Part shown: in pieces, positions 1 through 8,388 of the stretch
Numbering within the stretch: the stretch's first letter is position 1
How the letters are laid out: each line of letters begins with the position of its first letter
Source: Candidatus Pyrohabitans jungbluthii
Lineage (GTDB): Archaea > Hydrothermarchaeota > Hydrothermarchaeia > Hydrothermarchaeales > BMS3B
Length of the DNA stretch: 64,000 nucleotides
Direction of reading: 5' to 3'
NCBI GenBank assembly: GCA_002010065.2
Contig: MTMD02000014.1
Span: forward strand, 32,001-96,000
Position numbers and translations under genes: made by a program
Notes under the pieces: model-generated
Databases searched by the model: none
The model's input: the letters and a program-made list of their open reading frames with translations, nothing else
Told to the model about the DNA's origin: nothing

Positions 1-1
1 G

Positions 2-70
2 GAGATTTCGCCTGAGCAGGCGGAGGATCCAATGATCAGGATTTTTGCTGGAGTAGAGGAGCATGGCTGA
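2..70 (+). CDS. rpl18a: 3' end of 50S ribosomal protein L18Ae/LX (partial)
   Basis: Frame from nt 2 reads EISPEQAEDPMIRIFAGVEEHG*, resembling the LX C-terminus; lies directly upstream of pfdA-ftsY as in the conserved archaeal order. Confidence 0.6.
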   Translation, partial: EISPEQAEDPMIRIFAGVEEHG

Positions 71-536
71 GGAAAAGCGCATACCCGTTGAGAAGGTTCT
101 CGCAGACTATGAGATGCTGCGCACTCAGGCAGAAGCGTTGGGGCAGAACCTGGAGCTTGTAAATCAGCACATCTCCGAGTTCAAGCGCACCTTGGAGAGT
201 CTGTCTGAGATTGAGAAGCTGGGCGAGGGGAATGAGATTCTCGTGCCCGTTGGAGTGGGCTCCTTTGTTAAGGCGGAGATTAAGGATACGAGCAGTGTTA
301 TTTTGAGCTTGGGCGCAGATGTGGCAGCGCGCAAGAGCATCAGCGATGCGAAGGCCGACCTTGAGGCGCGGGTGAAGGAGCTTGAGAAGGTGCGAGAGGA
401 GCACAGCTCCCGTTTGGCGGAGGTTATGAAGAACCTCGAGGCTATTGCGCCGATGGTGGAGCAGATCATATCGGCGATGCAGCAGGCACAGCTCCAGAGG
501 GGCGGAGCAGAGGATGTTCGCAAGCCTCAGGGCTAA
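63..536 (+). CDS. pfdA: Prefoldin subunit alpha
   Basis: Coiled coils flank EILVPVGVGSFVKAEIKDTSSVILSLGADV; position upstream of ftsY. Confidence 0.95.
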   Translation: MAEEKRIPVEKVLADYEMLRTQAEALGQNLELVNQHISEFKRTLESLSEIEKLGEGNEILVPVGVGSFVKAEIKDTSSVILSLGADVAARKSISDAKADLEARVKELEKVREEHSSRLAEVMKNLEAIAPMVEQIISAMQQAQLQRGGAEDVRKPQG

Positions 537-1476
537 GATAGGAGAGCTAACAAAGAAGCTTTCTGGGGGAGAGGAGGAAAAGCAGCAGCCCAAGCTGGGA
601 GTAGCTGAGAAAACCCTTGCTCTGCTCCGCGGCGAAGTTGTGCTGGACGAGCGTAAGCTTGAGGAGCTTCTGAGCGAGTTTGAGATAGCTTTACTGGAGA
701 GCGACATCGCCTTCGATGTGGCGGAGAAGATAATCTCTGACCTTAAGCAGAACCTTTACGGAAAGAAGTTCAAGCGCTCTGAGCTTGAGGCTGCAATAAA
801 GGCCTCGCTTGAGCAGAGCCTGAGAGAAATTCTCGACCTGCCCAGCGTAAGCCTCGAGGAGATGATTCGCAGGAAGAAGGAGAAGCCCTTTGTTATACTC
901 TTCGTAGGGATAAACGGCACTGGCAAGACGACAACGATAGCCAAGGTGGCAAAGCGCCTTATGGGCAGGGGTTTTACCTGCGTTTTCGCAGCCAGCGATA
1001 CCTATCGCGCTGGCGCGATAGAGCAGCTTGAGAGGCATGCGGAGAAGCTGGGGGTCAAGCTGATTAAGCATGCTCGTGGTGCTGATCCAGCAGCCGTAGC
1101 GTATGATGCGATTGAGCATGCGCGCGCAAAGGGCAAGGATGTGGTGCTCATAGACACTGCGGGCAGGATGGAAACAAATGTTAACCTGCTGGAAGAGATG
1201 AAGAAGATCGCACGAGTGGCAAAGCCTGACCTGGTCATCTTCGTTGGTGATGCGCTCACGGGCAACGCAGCCGTAGAACAGGCGGAGCGCTTCAACAGCG
1301 CCGTTAGCATAGACGGGATAATTTTAACCAAGGCGGATGCCGATGCAAAAGGCGGCGCGGCGATAAGCATCGCTCACACGATTCGCAAGCCGGTGCTCTT
1401 CCTGGGCACAGGGCAGAGCTACGACGACCTGGTTGAGTTCAGCGCAGACTGGCTTATAAGGGAGATTCTGGGGTAG
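514..1476 (+). CDS. ftsY: Signal recognition particle receptor FtsY
   Basis: GINGTGKTTT, DTYRAGA, DTAGR and TKAD GTPase motifs; start moved to ATG 514 (MFASLRAKI). Confidence 0.97.
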   Translation: MFASLRAKIGELTKKLSGGEEEKQQPKLGVAEKTLALLRGEVVLDERKLEELLSEFEIALLESDIAFDVAEKIISDLKQNLYGKKFKRSELEAAIKASLEQSLREILDLPSVSLEEMIRRKKEKPFVILFVGINGTGKTTTIAKVAKRLMGRGFTCVFAASDTYRAGAIEQLERHAEKLGVKLIKHARGADPAAVAYDAIEHARAKGKDVVLIDTAGRMETNVNLLEEMKKIARVAKPDLVIFVGDALTGNAAVEQAERFNSAVSIDGIILTKADADAKGGAAISIAHTIRKPVLFLGTGQSYDDLVEFSADWLIREILG

Positions 1477-1541
1477 GGTTATTAAAAACCACTATTAACG
1501 CTGACTTTGGGGGAGGTGGATTTCCTCAAAGTGTGGAAGCC

Positions 1542-1820
1542 TCAGCGGGGCGACCTCGAAATTAAACCTGCGACAACAAGTGCGATGCTTGCAGCGCCCG
1601 CCAGGCAGGCGAAGAGAAGCAGAAGCACGGCTGCTATCATCGGCGTGGCAACCTCGCCAGGGTTCTGAAGCGCGACTATGCTCTGAGGCGAGGGGTGAAG
1701 GATGCTTCCGTAGAGGGGAAATACGTCCCTGTTGTTGCTGATAATCTCCAGCGCCTTTTTCAGAGCTGCAAACGAGAAGATAATGAGCACGCCGCCCACC
1801 AGGATAAAGCGGCTCCTCAT
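1542..1820 (-). CDS. Small membrane protein (two hydrophobic segments)
   Basis: MRSRFILVGGVLIIFSF and MIAAVLLLLFACLAG; abuts the stop of the upstream ORF. Confidence 0.6.
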   Translation of the reverse strand: MRSRFILVGGVLIIFSFAALKKALEIISNNRDVFPLYGSILHPSPQSIVALQNPGEVATPMIAAVLLLLFACLAGAASIALVVAGLISRSPR

Positions 1821-1821
1821 C

Positions 1822-2181
1822 TCAGAATACCGGTGCCACATCGCTGTCCTCGAGCACTTCAATCATCTTGGCGATGTGCTCCGCGAAGCTGTACTCAGGC
1901 TCAAAGTCATAGCCAGAAATGAGCAGCTTTTCTATTGCTCTGGCGAACCTCTCCGACTCCTGCTCAAGCTGTTCGCGACTCTTGCTCGCGATTATCCTCT
2001 CCACCTCGCTAGCCGGAGTTGAGCTGTTATACCCGAAGATCTCAAGTTTGAGTTTCTCGATAATCTCCTTCACGCGAGGATTTGTAACTTTACGATACTG
2101 AAAGCTCCAGTGGTTCTTCAGCTTAACCAGGCGGCGGAAAGTGGTCTCGTCAAGCTCAATCACCCTGCGCATGGCAACCAC
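1822..2181 (-). CDS. Hypothetical protein
   Basis: 119-aa ORF with protein-like composition, coupled to its neighbours. Confidence 0.65.
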   Translation of the reverse strand: MVAMRRVIELDETTFRRLVKLKNHWSFQYRKVTNPRVKEIIEKLKLEIFGYNSSTPASEVERIIASKSREQLEQESERFARAIEKLLISGYDFEPEYSFAEHIAKMIEVLEDSDVAPVF

Positions 2182-2600
2182 TACTCCTGCAGAAGCTCGA
2201 GAGAAGAATAGGGGATGCTAACTTCCACAGCTGCTCTAAAAATTACGGGTACAAGCTCAAATTCCTGCGCCTTTCGCAGAGCACGCCTGCGCAAGCCGAA
2301 GAGGGCAGCATCGTTGAGCACTAAGCTAACGGCGTAGATTACCTTATCTTTCTCTGCCAGCAGGTCAGGTGAGGCTTGGACTCCCCCCTCTTCCTGCAGG
2401 CTTGCTATATACTCGAGCAGCGCAGAGAAGCGCTCTTCTCCAAGCGCGGTGCGCATTTCCTCTGCCTCTTTTTGCGAACCAGGGAAGTTCCACACCTTGA
2501 AGCCTGCTCTGCCAAGCACATCGAATGCGACTTTCTTCCCAATCCCGTGAAGCTCAGCCTCGAGATTGAGGCTTTTCTCGTATTCCTCGATACCTACCAC
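2181..2600 (-). CDS. Hypothetical protein, possibly a degenerate PD-(D/E)XK fold
   Basis: SPDLLAEKDKVIYAVSL resembles PD...(E/D)xK but lacks the ExK residues. Confidence 0.55.
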   Translation of the reverse strand: MVGIEEYEKSLNLEAELHGIGKKVAFDVLGRAGFKVWNFPGSQKEAEEMRTALGEERFSALLEYIASLQEEGGVQASPDLLAEKDKVIYAVSLVLNDAALFGLRRRALRKAQEFELVPVIFRAAVEVSIPYSSLELLQE

Positions 2601-2684
2601 CCTAATTTAATTGTACTCACGAGTATTTCTACTTACCGTCGGATTTATATAAAACCTCAGCTATAAGTAATTTGAGGTGTCAGA

Positions 2685-2867
2685 ATGCCGATGCTTGGTG
2701 GTCAGGAACTTCTCATAATCCTCCTCATAATCCTGCTTCTCTTCGGTGGGAGCAAGCTGCCAGAGTTAGCGCGCTCTCTGGGTAAGGCGAAGAAGGAGTT
2801 CAAGAAGGGAATGGAAGAGGAGGAGAAGGAGGAGAGCAAAGAAGAGAAGGAGGAGAAAAAAGAGTAG
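2685..2867 (+). CDS. tatA: Twin-arginine translocase TatA/E subunit
   Basis: GGQELLIILLIILLLFGGSKLPELARSLGKA signature. Confidence 0.95.
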   Translation: MPMLGGQELLIILLIILLLFGGSKLPELARSLGKAKKEFKKGMEEEEKEESKEEKEEKKE

Positions 2868-2876
2868 GCGAGGCGA

Positions 2877-3170
2877 ATGTTGGGCAACACCGAAATCCTG
2901 GTAATACTAATTTTTGCCCTTTTGCTCTTCGGTCCGCAGAAGCTGCCAGAGCTGGCGCGTTCCCTGGGCAAGGCGGTGGCGGAGTACAAACGCGCAGCCC
3001 GCGAGATTGAAGAGGAGGTTAACCGCGAACTTGCAGGCGTGGAGAAGGAAATTAAAGAGGCAAAGGATGACATCAACCAGCTTAGGGCGATTGCTAAGGA
3101 TATGAACATTGACCCCATGGATAAAAGCAAAGAGGAGTTGCTAAAAGAGATAAAAAAGCGCACCTCGTAG
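2877..3170 (+). CDS. Twin-arginine translocase TatA/TatB-family subunit
   Basis: EILVILIFALLLFGPQKLPELARSLGKA plus a longer amphipathic tail. Confidence 0.92.
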   Translation: MLGNTEILVILIFALLLFGPQKLPELARSLGKAVAEYKRAAREIEEEVNRELAGVEKEIKEAKDDINQLRAIAKDMNIDPMDKSKEELLKEIKKRTS

Positions 3171-3911
3171 CTACCGCACTACCCGCCACGCATGGGTGTA
3201 GATGTTCATCCTCTTTCCACGCACAAAGCCTATGAGGGTTAAGCCGGTGCGCTCCGCCGCTAGGATGCCCGAGAATATTGGCGCTGTACGCGAGGCTATC
3301 AACGGCACGCCAACGCGTGCAGCCTTAATCACCATATCGCCGGGCATTCTTCCAGAGGTCAGGATGTAGCTGTGCTCGAAGTCTATACCGCGCTCTGCGG
3401 CTAAGCCTATTATCTTATCTATCGCCACGTGCCTGCTCACGTCCTCGACGAGGAGAAACGCATCGCCGCTCACCAGCGCTGCGCTGTGCACCCCGCCTGT
3501 GCGTCGCCACACTTCGCTCTGCTCCTGCATCCTGCGCATGTTCTCAAAAATCTCACCCGCGCTGAACTTTGCCTCTGAGGCGACCTTTATCCCCTCCTCC
3601 TTAATTCTGCTGCGCCAGCCGGTTAAGCACTCGCTGGAGATGTAGCGCTCATAAGCCTCGAGGAAGCTTTCATCCGCGAGTACGCGAATCTCGGCATAGT
3701 CAACCTCTATGCTTCTTATCGCTGAGACGCTCTTAACAAACCCCTCGCCCAGACAGTAGCCTAGGGCGAACTCATGCTCGTGCCCTGGCGATAGCTTTAC
3801 ACTGGCTATAACCTTGCCGTTAATCACCAGGCGAAGGTCACGCTCCAGCGCAACCTCATCCCATGCCTCTTCGCCGTCCTTCAGCGCCCTGACTTTGATT
3901 GATTTTTCCAT
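3171..3911 (-). CDS. fdhD: Formate dehydrogenase accessory sulfurtransferase FdhD
   Basis: TGGVHSAAL, EDVSRHVAIDK and TSGR motifs; downstream of the fdh genes. Confidence 0.92.
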   Translation of the reverse strand: MEKSIKVRALKDGEEAWDEVALERDLRLVINGKVIASVKLSPGHEHEFALGYCLGEGFVKSVSAIRSIEVDYAEIRVLADESFLEAYERYISSECLTGWRSRIKEEGIKVASEAKFSAGEIFENMRRMQEQSEVWRRTGGVHSAALVSGDAFLLVEDVSRHVAIDKIIGLAAERGIDFEHSYILTSGRMPGDMVIKAARVGVPLIASRTAPIFSGILAAERTGLTLIGFVRGKRMNIYTHAWRVVR

Positions 3912-3951
3912 GCTTTATAATTAAGAGCACCGCAGGATTTATTTTTACTGC

Positions 3952-4839
3952 TCAGATGAGAGGCACGACAAACGCTTTTATGGCGCCGTGAACAAAGAGG
4001 AACCTGAGTGTAAGCCCACCCAGCAGCACCAGAGCAAAGAACGCCGGTAAGGCTGCGGCTTTTCTGGTTATCAGCACATAGCCCAATCCCAGTATGGGGA
4101 TGATAATCCCAAGAAACATGAGCACTAGCCAGAACGCTATTGAGTAGGCGCCGGAGAGTATAGCCGATGCAGACTTCACAGCGATGTCGCCCTGCTCCCC
4201 TATTATGAAGAAGTACAGGGGTACCTCTATAGCCTCGATGAGCAGCAGCACGAGTAGGGCGGCGAGGAAGCCTCTGAGCTTACTGTATTCCTTAACAGAG
4301 GCGAGCAGCAGTGTGGCGGCTATGCCTGTGGTTAGAGCAGATGTAAGGAAGAGTAAAGGAAGTTCGCCGCTATTCCACAGGGGCACGAACCTAGCGCCCT
4401 TAAGGAGGAGCCCGGTGTAAAGCGCCGTGGCGATGCCAAGGGGCAGCGCTAGCAGCGCAAGCGTCCTTGAGTACCTCTTATCCGTAGCAAGGGAATAGGC
4501 AAAGGCGATGGCGACAAGAAGCGTGACCAACAGAATCCACGCCCCCCTCGCCATCCAGGAGGTGGTAATATTGGTGAAGGTCAGGGGCACAAGCATAGCG
4601 CGCAGCATCGCCTTTATTCCAGCGAGGTCGAGTAGGAGAAGCACAGAGCCGACGATGAGCAGCGGTGGAGCGAGATATGCACCTGCCCTGGCAATCTTAG
4701 TCTCTTTGCCCAATAGCAAGGTAACAGCCGCTGTGATAAGTGCTCCCGAGCCGACGCCGCCAAGGAAGATGTACAGCGCTATCTCCCAGCCCCAGCGCTG
4801 GTACCCGGGGAACACCATCACATAGTACGGGAACTCCAT
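3952..4839 (-). CDS. NrfD/PsrC-family membrane anchor subunit
   Basis: WGWEIALYIFLGG, SWMARGAW and YTGLLL...PLWN motifs; about 8 TM helices. Confidence 0.93.
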   Translation of the reverse strand: MEFPYYVMVFPGYQRWGWEIALYIFLGGVGSGALITAAVTLLLGKETKIARAGAYLAPPLLIVGSVLLLLDLAGIKAMLRAMLVPLTFTNITTSWMARGAWILLVTLLVAIAFAYSLATDKRYSRTLALLALPLGIATALYTGLLLKGARFVPLWNSGELPLLFLTSALTTGIAATLLLASVKEYSKLRGFLAALLVLLLIEAIEVPLYFFIIGEQGDIAVKSASAILSGAYSIAFWLVLMFLGIIIPILGLGYVLITRKAAALPAFFALVLLGGLTLRFLFVHGAIKAFVVPLI

Positions 4840-4854
4840 GCTTCACGCCTCAAG

Positions 4855-5412
4855 CTAGAAGGTCAGGAAGGTCTTCTCCACACCTCTGCTCATCCTGTAC
4901 CCAACTCTCTCTCGAAGCTTGGCAGAGATTTCGTCGGCATCGCCCGCTAACAGGTGCCCTGTGGCGCACACCATGGCACACCTTGGCTTGGGCTCGCGCT
5001 GAATCAGCCTGCCCTGCTCATCCTTCTGCTCATATGGCTCAACGCAGAAGGTGCACTTGTCCATCTTGCCCCTGTTTCCAAAGGTGCCCTTCTCGAACTG
5101 AGGTGCGCCGAAGGGGCACGCCATTAAGCAGTAGCCGCACCCTATGCAGGTGTCCTTGTTTACCAGCACTATGCCATCTTCCTTGCGCTTGTATATCGCC
5201 TTGGTGGGGCATACGTACATGCACGGGGGCTCATTACAGTGCAGACAGGGCATGGGCATGTTTGTCTCCGTGGGCTCGCCCTCGTCGAAGGTTATAACCC
5301 TGATCCTGTGCACGCCCTCGGGAGTGCGGTTGTGCGTCTTGCACACCGCCATGCAACCGCCGCATCTGAGGCAGCGGTTCACATACATATCAAGCAGGAA
5401 CTTCTTGGGCAT
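4855..5412 (-). CDS. fdhB: Formate dehydrogenase Fe-S (beta) subunit
   Basis: Four cluster motifs: CLRCGGC, CLHCNEPPC, CIGCGYC, KCTFC. Confidence 0.92.
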   Translation of the reverse strand: MPKKFLLDMYVNRCLRCGGCMAVCKTHNRTPEGVHRIRVITFDEGEPTETNMPMPCLHCNEPPCMYVCPTKAIYKRKEDGIVLVNKDTCIGCGYCLMACPFGAPQFEKGTFGNRGKMDKCTFCVEPYEQKDEQGRLIQREPKPRCAMVCATGHLLAGDADEISAKLRERVGYRMSRGVEKTFLTF

Positions 5413-5427
5413 CTTTCTACCTCCTCA

Positions 5428-8217
5428 CTATGCCTTCGCAAGCCTTTCAATCGCCTCAGGGATAACTCCCGCTTTGGTGACTTCGCACAGCCCTGACTTT
5501 GTGGTCTGCATCTGTGTCTCTGGTGCCCAGCCGGGTGGTGAGATCGTGTTGGCGCACTCACCTATGACGATAGGCTTTGTACCCTCCGGGAAGCGTTGCG
5601 TATACTCTACAGTCTCAAACATACCCGCCCAGTGGAAGGGCAGGAACACTACGCCGGGAGGTACGCGTCGCGTAACCTTCGCCTTGACCTGAATGCGCGA
5701 GCGGTAGTGCCCAAGCTCATAGCCGCGGTAGGTGTGCACCCACACCACGTCGCCATCCTTTATTCCGCGGTCGTTGGCATCCTTGGGGTTTATCTCCACG
5801 TACATATCAGGCTGAAGCTCAACCAGTATCGGGTTGGCGCGTGTCATCGCTCCGCCACCCTGGTGCTCCACCTGCCTGCCAGAGGTGAACACCAGTGGAT
5901 ACGCTTTGTGAATCTCCTTCTCGAAGATGTCCTGCTCCTGTATGCTCCTTCCCTTCGTCTCTATCCTGAAGTGGGTTTCCCCGTAAACCTTGTCCTCGAA
6001 GGTCGGGTACTTCCTGGCAAGCTCTGGGCGAGGTGTCCAAACTGGCTCGCGGTGCACCGGCACAGGGTCTGGGAGATTCCACGCCCAGAATCGCGCTCTG
6101 CCCCTGCCGTAGGGCACTTTGTTTGCGGCGATTAGCTTCTTGTAGTCGGTGGTGAGGTCGAGCTTCCATCCCGGGCCAGGGGTGCCGTCCGGGTTGAGCT
6201 CAGCATGACCGTTGATGCCAGAGAGAAGTGTCTTTCCGTCTGGCGCTTTTGTTCCCCACTTTGCGCGGAAGTCGTGCCCACCCTCTGCGACGGGTATCTC
6301 GTTGCGGTAGAGTATAGGCGTACCCGGGTGCTCGTCGTTCCAGCATGGCCAGGGCAGACCCCAGTACTCGCCGTCGCATGGACCGCCTTCAGCGCGCAGC
6401 GTCTCAATATTAAACACGTAGTCGTACTCCTGCTGCCTCTTCAGCCGCCAGGTGGACTGCCTCATGGCTATCACACGAGCACCAACGCGGATCTCCTTGT
6501 CGTAGATATCCTCAGGAAGCTTCTTGAAGTTCTTTGTAAACTCCTCCCCGAAGCCCAGCTTATGCGCAAGGGCGATGAGAATTTCCACATCTGGCTTTGA
6601 GTCGTAAAGCGGGTCAATCACCTTGTTGCGCCACTGCACCTGCCTGGAGGAGTTGGTTACAGTACCGGGGTACTCCCAGTTGGTGCAGGCTGGGAGAAGT
6701 ATTATGCCGTCGTCGCGCTCAGGAAGCGCGGCTGCGCTTTCAACGTAGGGGTCGACGATTACCAGCATCTCCAGCTTCTCCAGTGCCTTTTTCACCAAGT
6801 ACGTACCCGCCTGCGAGGGCGTGCTGTGCCCCCAGAATATGGCCATCTTTATTGGCGTGGGCTGTCCTATCTTATCGCCCGTCTCTTCAGCAAGCACAAG
6901 GTCGCGCCAGCGCGACATCGTCGCACCCTTGGCCTGCATTAACTCCTTGCTGGCAAACCTGCCCTGAAGCCACTCATAGTCCACTCCCCACACTTTTGCC
7001 CAGTGCTTCCACGCACCCTCGCTCAGGCCATAGTAGCTCGGAAGCGTGTTTGAGAGCACGCCCAAGTCGGTTGCGCCCTGCACATTGTCGTGTCCCCTGA
7101 AGGCGTTTACACCGCCTCCGCTCTTGGCGGCGTTACCTAGGAGAAGCTGAAGTATCGCGAAGGCGCGGATGTTGTGGGTTCCAACCTCGTGCTGCGTCGC
7201 CCCCATGGCATACTGGAGCGTTCCCGGCCTATTCTCGGCAAGGAGTTTTGCCGCCAGTTTTATCTTCTCAGCGGGTACGCCTGTGATTTCCTCAGCCACC
7301 TCGGGTGGGTATTGGAGTATAACCTCCTTCACATACTCGTAGCCGTGGGTGCGCAGCCGTATAAACTCCTCGTCAACCCAGCCGTTGGTTATCAGCTCAT
7401 AGCAGATGCCCCACACGAGGGGTATGTCAGTGCCCGGCCTGAACTGCAGATGCAGGTCGCTCTGCGCCGCGGTACGCGAGAAGCGCGGGTCGGCGCAGAT
7501 CAGCACTGCTCCGCGCTGCTTCGCCTTGTATATGTGGTAGAAGGACACGGGGTGCGCCTCCGCCGGGTTTGAAAAGAAGATTATACTCTTCGCGTGCCTC
7601 ATGTCATTGAAGTTGTTGGTCTGCGCCCCATAGCCCCAGGTGTTTCCCAGCCCCGCGACGGTCGTGGAGTGACAAATCCTCGCCTGGTGGTCTATGTTGT
7701 TTGAGCCCCAGAAGGCCATGAATTTGCGTTGCAAGTAGGCAGCTTCGTTGGAGACATGAGCCGAGCCCGCAAAGAAGATAGCGTCGGGGCCATACTTCTC
7801 CCGAATCTCCAGCATCTTGTTTGCTATCTCAGTAAGCGCCTCCTCCCAGGAAATCTTCCTCCATTTCCCGCCTTCCTTTTTCATCGGGTACTTCAAACGT
7901 CGATCGTTGTTTATGCTCGCGGGGATGCTCGCTCCCTTTGAGCACAGCCTTCCCCGGTTTATCGGGTGGTTCTCCCAGGGTTCAATATCCACAAGCTGAC
8001 CGTTCGCAACCTTCGCCAGAATTCCACAGCCCACAGAACAGTGGATGCAAATTGTTTTAATCAGTTCAACCTTCTCTCCACCCTCCTGCGCTGCCACAGG
8101 CTCAAAAAGCTCTACACCGCTGTATTTGAAGTATTTACCCAGCGTCGCCGCCCCTCCCGCCGCAGCAGCAAGTTTCAAAAAAGAACGTCTTTTCATTTTC
8201 ATAGCAGACAATGCCAT
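5428..8217 (-). CDS. fdhA: Tat-exported Mo/W-bisPGD formate dehydrogenase alpha subunit (Cys type)
   Basis: RRSFLK Tat signal, CIHCSVGC cluster motif, active-site ARICHSTT and FRGHDNVQG. Confidence 0.95.
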   Translation of the reverse strand: MALSAMKMKRRSFLKLAAAAGGAATLGKYFKYSGVELFEPVAAQEGGEKVELIKTICIHCSVGCGILAKVANGQLVDIEPWENHPINRGRLCSKGASIPASINNDRRLKYPMKKEGGKWRKISWEEALTEIANKMLEIREKYGPDAIFFAGSAHVSNEAAYLQRKFMAFWGSNNIDHQARICHSTTVAGLGNTWGYGAQTNNFNDMRHAKSIIFFSNPAEAHPVSFYHIYKAKQRGAVLICADPRFSRTAAQSDLHLQFRPGTDIPLVWGICYELITNGWVDEEFIRLRTHGYEYVKEVILQYPPEVAEEITGVPAEKIKLAAKLLAENRPGTLQYAMGATQHEVGTHNIRAFAILQLLLGNAAKSGGGVNAFRGHDNVQGATDLGVLSNTLPSYYGLSEGAWKHWAKVWGVDYEWLQGRFASKELMQAKGATMSRWRDLVLAEETGDKIGQPTPIKMAIFWGHSTPSQAGTYLVKKALEKLEMLVIVDPYVESAAALPERDDGIILLPACTNWEYPGTVTNSSRQVQWRNKVIDPLYDSKPDVEILIALAHKLGFGEEFTKNFKKLPEDIYDKEIRVGARVIAMRQSTWRLKRQQEYDYVFNIETLRAEGGPCDGEYWGLPWPCWNDEHPGTPILYRNEIPVAEGGHDFRAKWGTKAPDGKTLLSGINGHAELNPDGTPGPGWKLDLTTDYKKLIAANKVPYGRGRARFWAWNLPDPVPVHREPVWTPRPELARKYPTFEDKVYGETHFRIETKGRSIQEQDIFEKEIHKAYPLVFTSGRQVEHQGGGAMTRANPILVELQPDMYVEINPKDANDRGIKDGDVVWVHTYRGYELGHYRSRIQVKAKVTRRVPPGVVFLPFHWAGMFETVEYTQRFPEGTKPIVIGECANTISPPGWAPETQMQTTKSGLCEVTKAGVIPEAIERLAKA

Positions 8218-8388
8218 AGCCCATCCTCCTCTATTTCTCCCGTAGTATTAACTTGCCGTTATTTTCTATAAAAAATTTTCTGTTTTATTTAAAAATCTCC
8301 TCACCCATATATTAAAATTTTAGAAATAGTCCCAACCGATTTCAGGAAAACCAAAATTTTATTTAATGTGAAATTTAATTACCACTAA

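Noticed and set aside
7660-7690. Selenocysteine in the FdhA active site
   Set aside because: The codon is TGT (Cys) in ARICHSTT and the frame is uninterrupted.
8220-8388. Mo/W-responsive operator in the AT-rich fdh intergenic region
   Set aside because: Only low-complexity AT palindromes, which are expected by chance at this composition.
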